From assembly GCF_006345805.1 (NCBI RefSeq), contig NC_043004.1, forward strand, positions 17,918,001 to 17,982,000: a DNA stretch of 64,000 nucleotides, given 5' to 3'. Made by a program: the position numbers and the translations under genes. Below, piece by piece: positions 63,993-64,000 of this stretch; position 1 is the stretch's first letter; every line of letters begins with the position of its first letter. This DNA comes from Octopus sinensis. Its lineage: Eukaryota. Below the pieces are notes generated by a model. That model saw nothing but the letters and a program-made list of their open reading frames with translations, searched no databases and was not told the origin of the DNA.

Positions 63993-64000
63993 TGTGTGTG

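Overview
AT-rich, repeat-saturated eukaryotic non-coding DNA. The SINE families, RTE/R4/mariner content and (TA)n/(CA)n/(TATG)n density look like a cephalopod (octopus-type) genome; this is an inference from pattern recognition, not a search result. I could not support any host protein-coding exon, and most ORFs in the supplied track are translated microsatellites. The window holds decayed transposons (mariner, maT/Tc1, a piggyBac-type MITE, Helitrons, RTE, R4/RLE, L1/Tx1, CR1 and Penelope-like fragments), three tRNA-head SINE families and an intron-containing tRNA-Lys(TTT) pseudogene. The main result is a set of short non-coding elements inserted in (TA)n tracts that carry type I hammerhead ribozyme folds, read and base-paired by hand. 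One is a ~483-bp tandem array with an inverted 5' copy (60.4-62.0 kb). Another is a 480-bp unit of different sequence with terminal redundancy (28.1-28.6 kb). A third is a ~220-bp palindrome with a hammerhead in each arm (59.0 kb), and there are truncated or variant cores at 6.5 and 4.6 kb. These look like retrozyme or Penelope pLTR-type elements, and GIY-YIG Penelope-like remnants that could represent the mobilising family are in the same window. Coordinates of decayed repeats are approximate (+/-10-30 bp).
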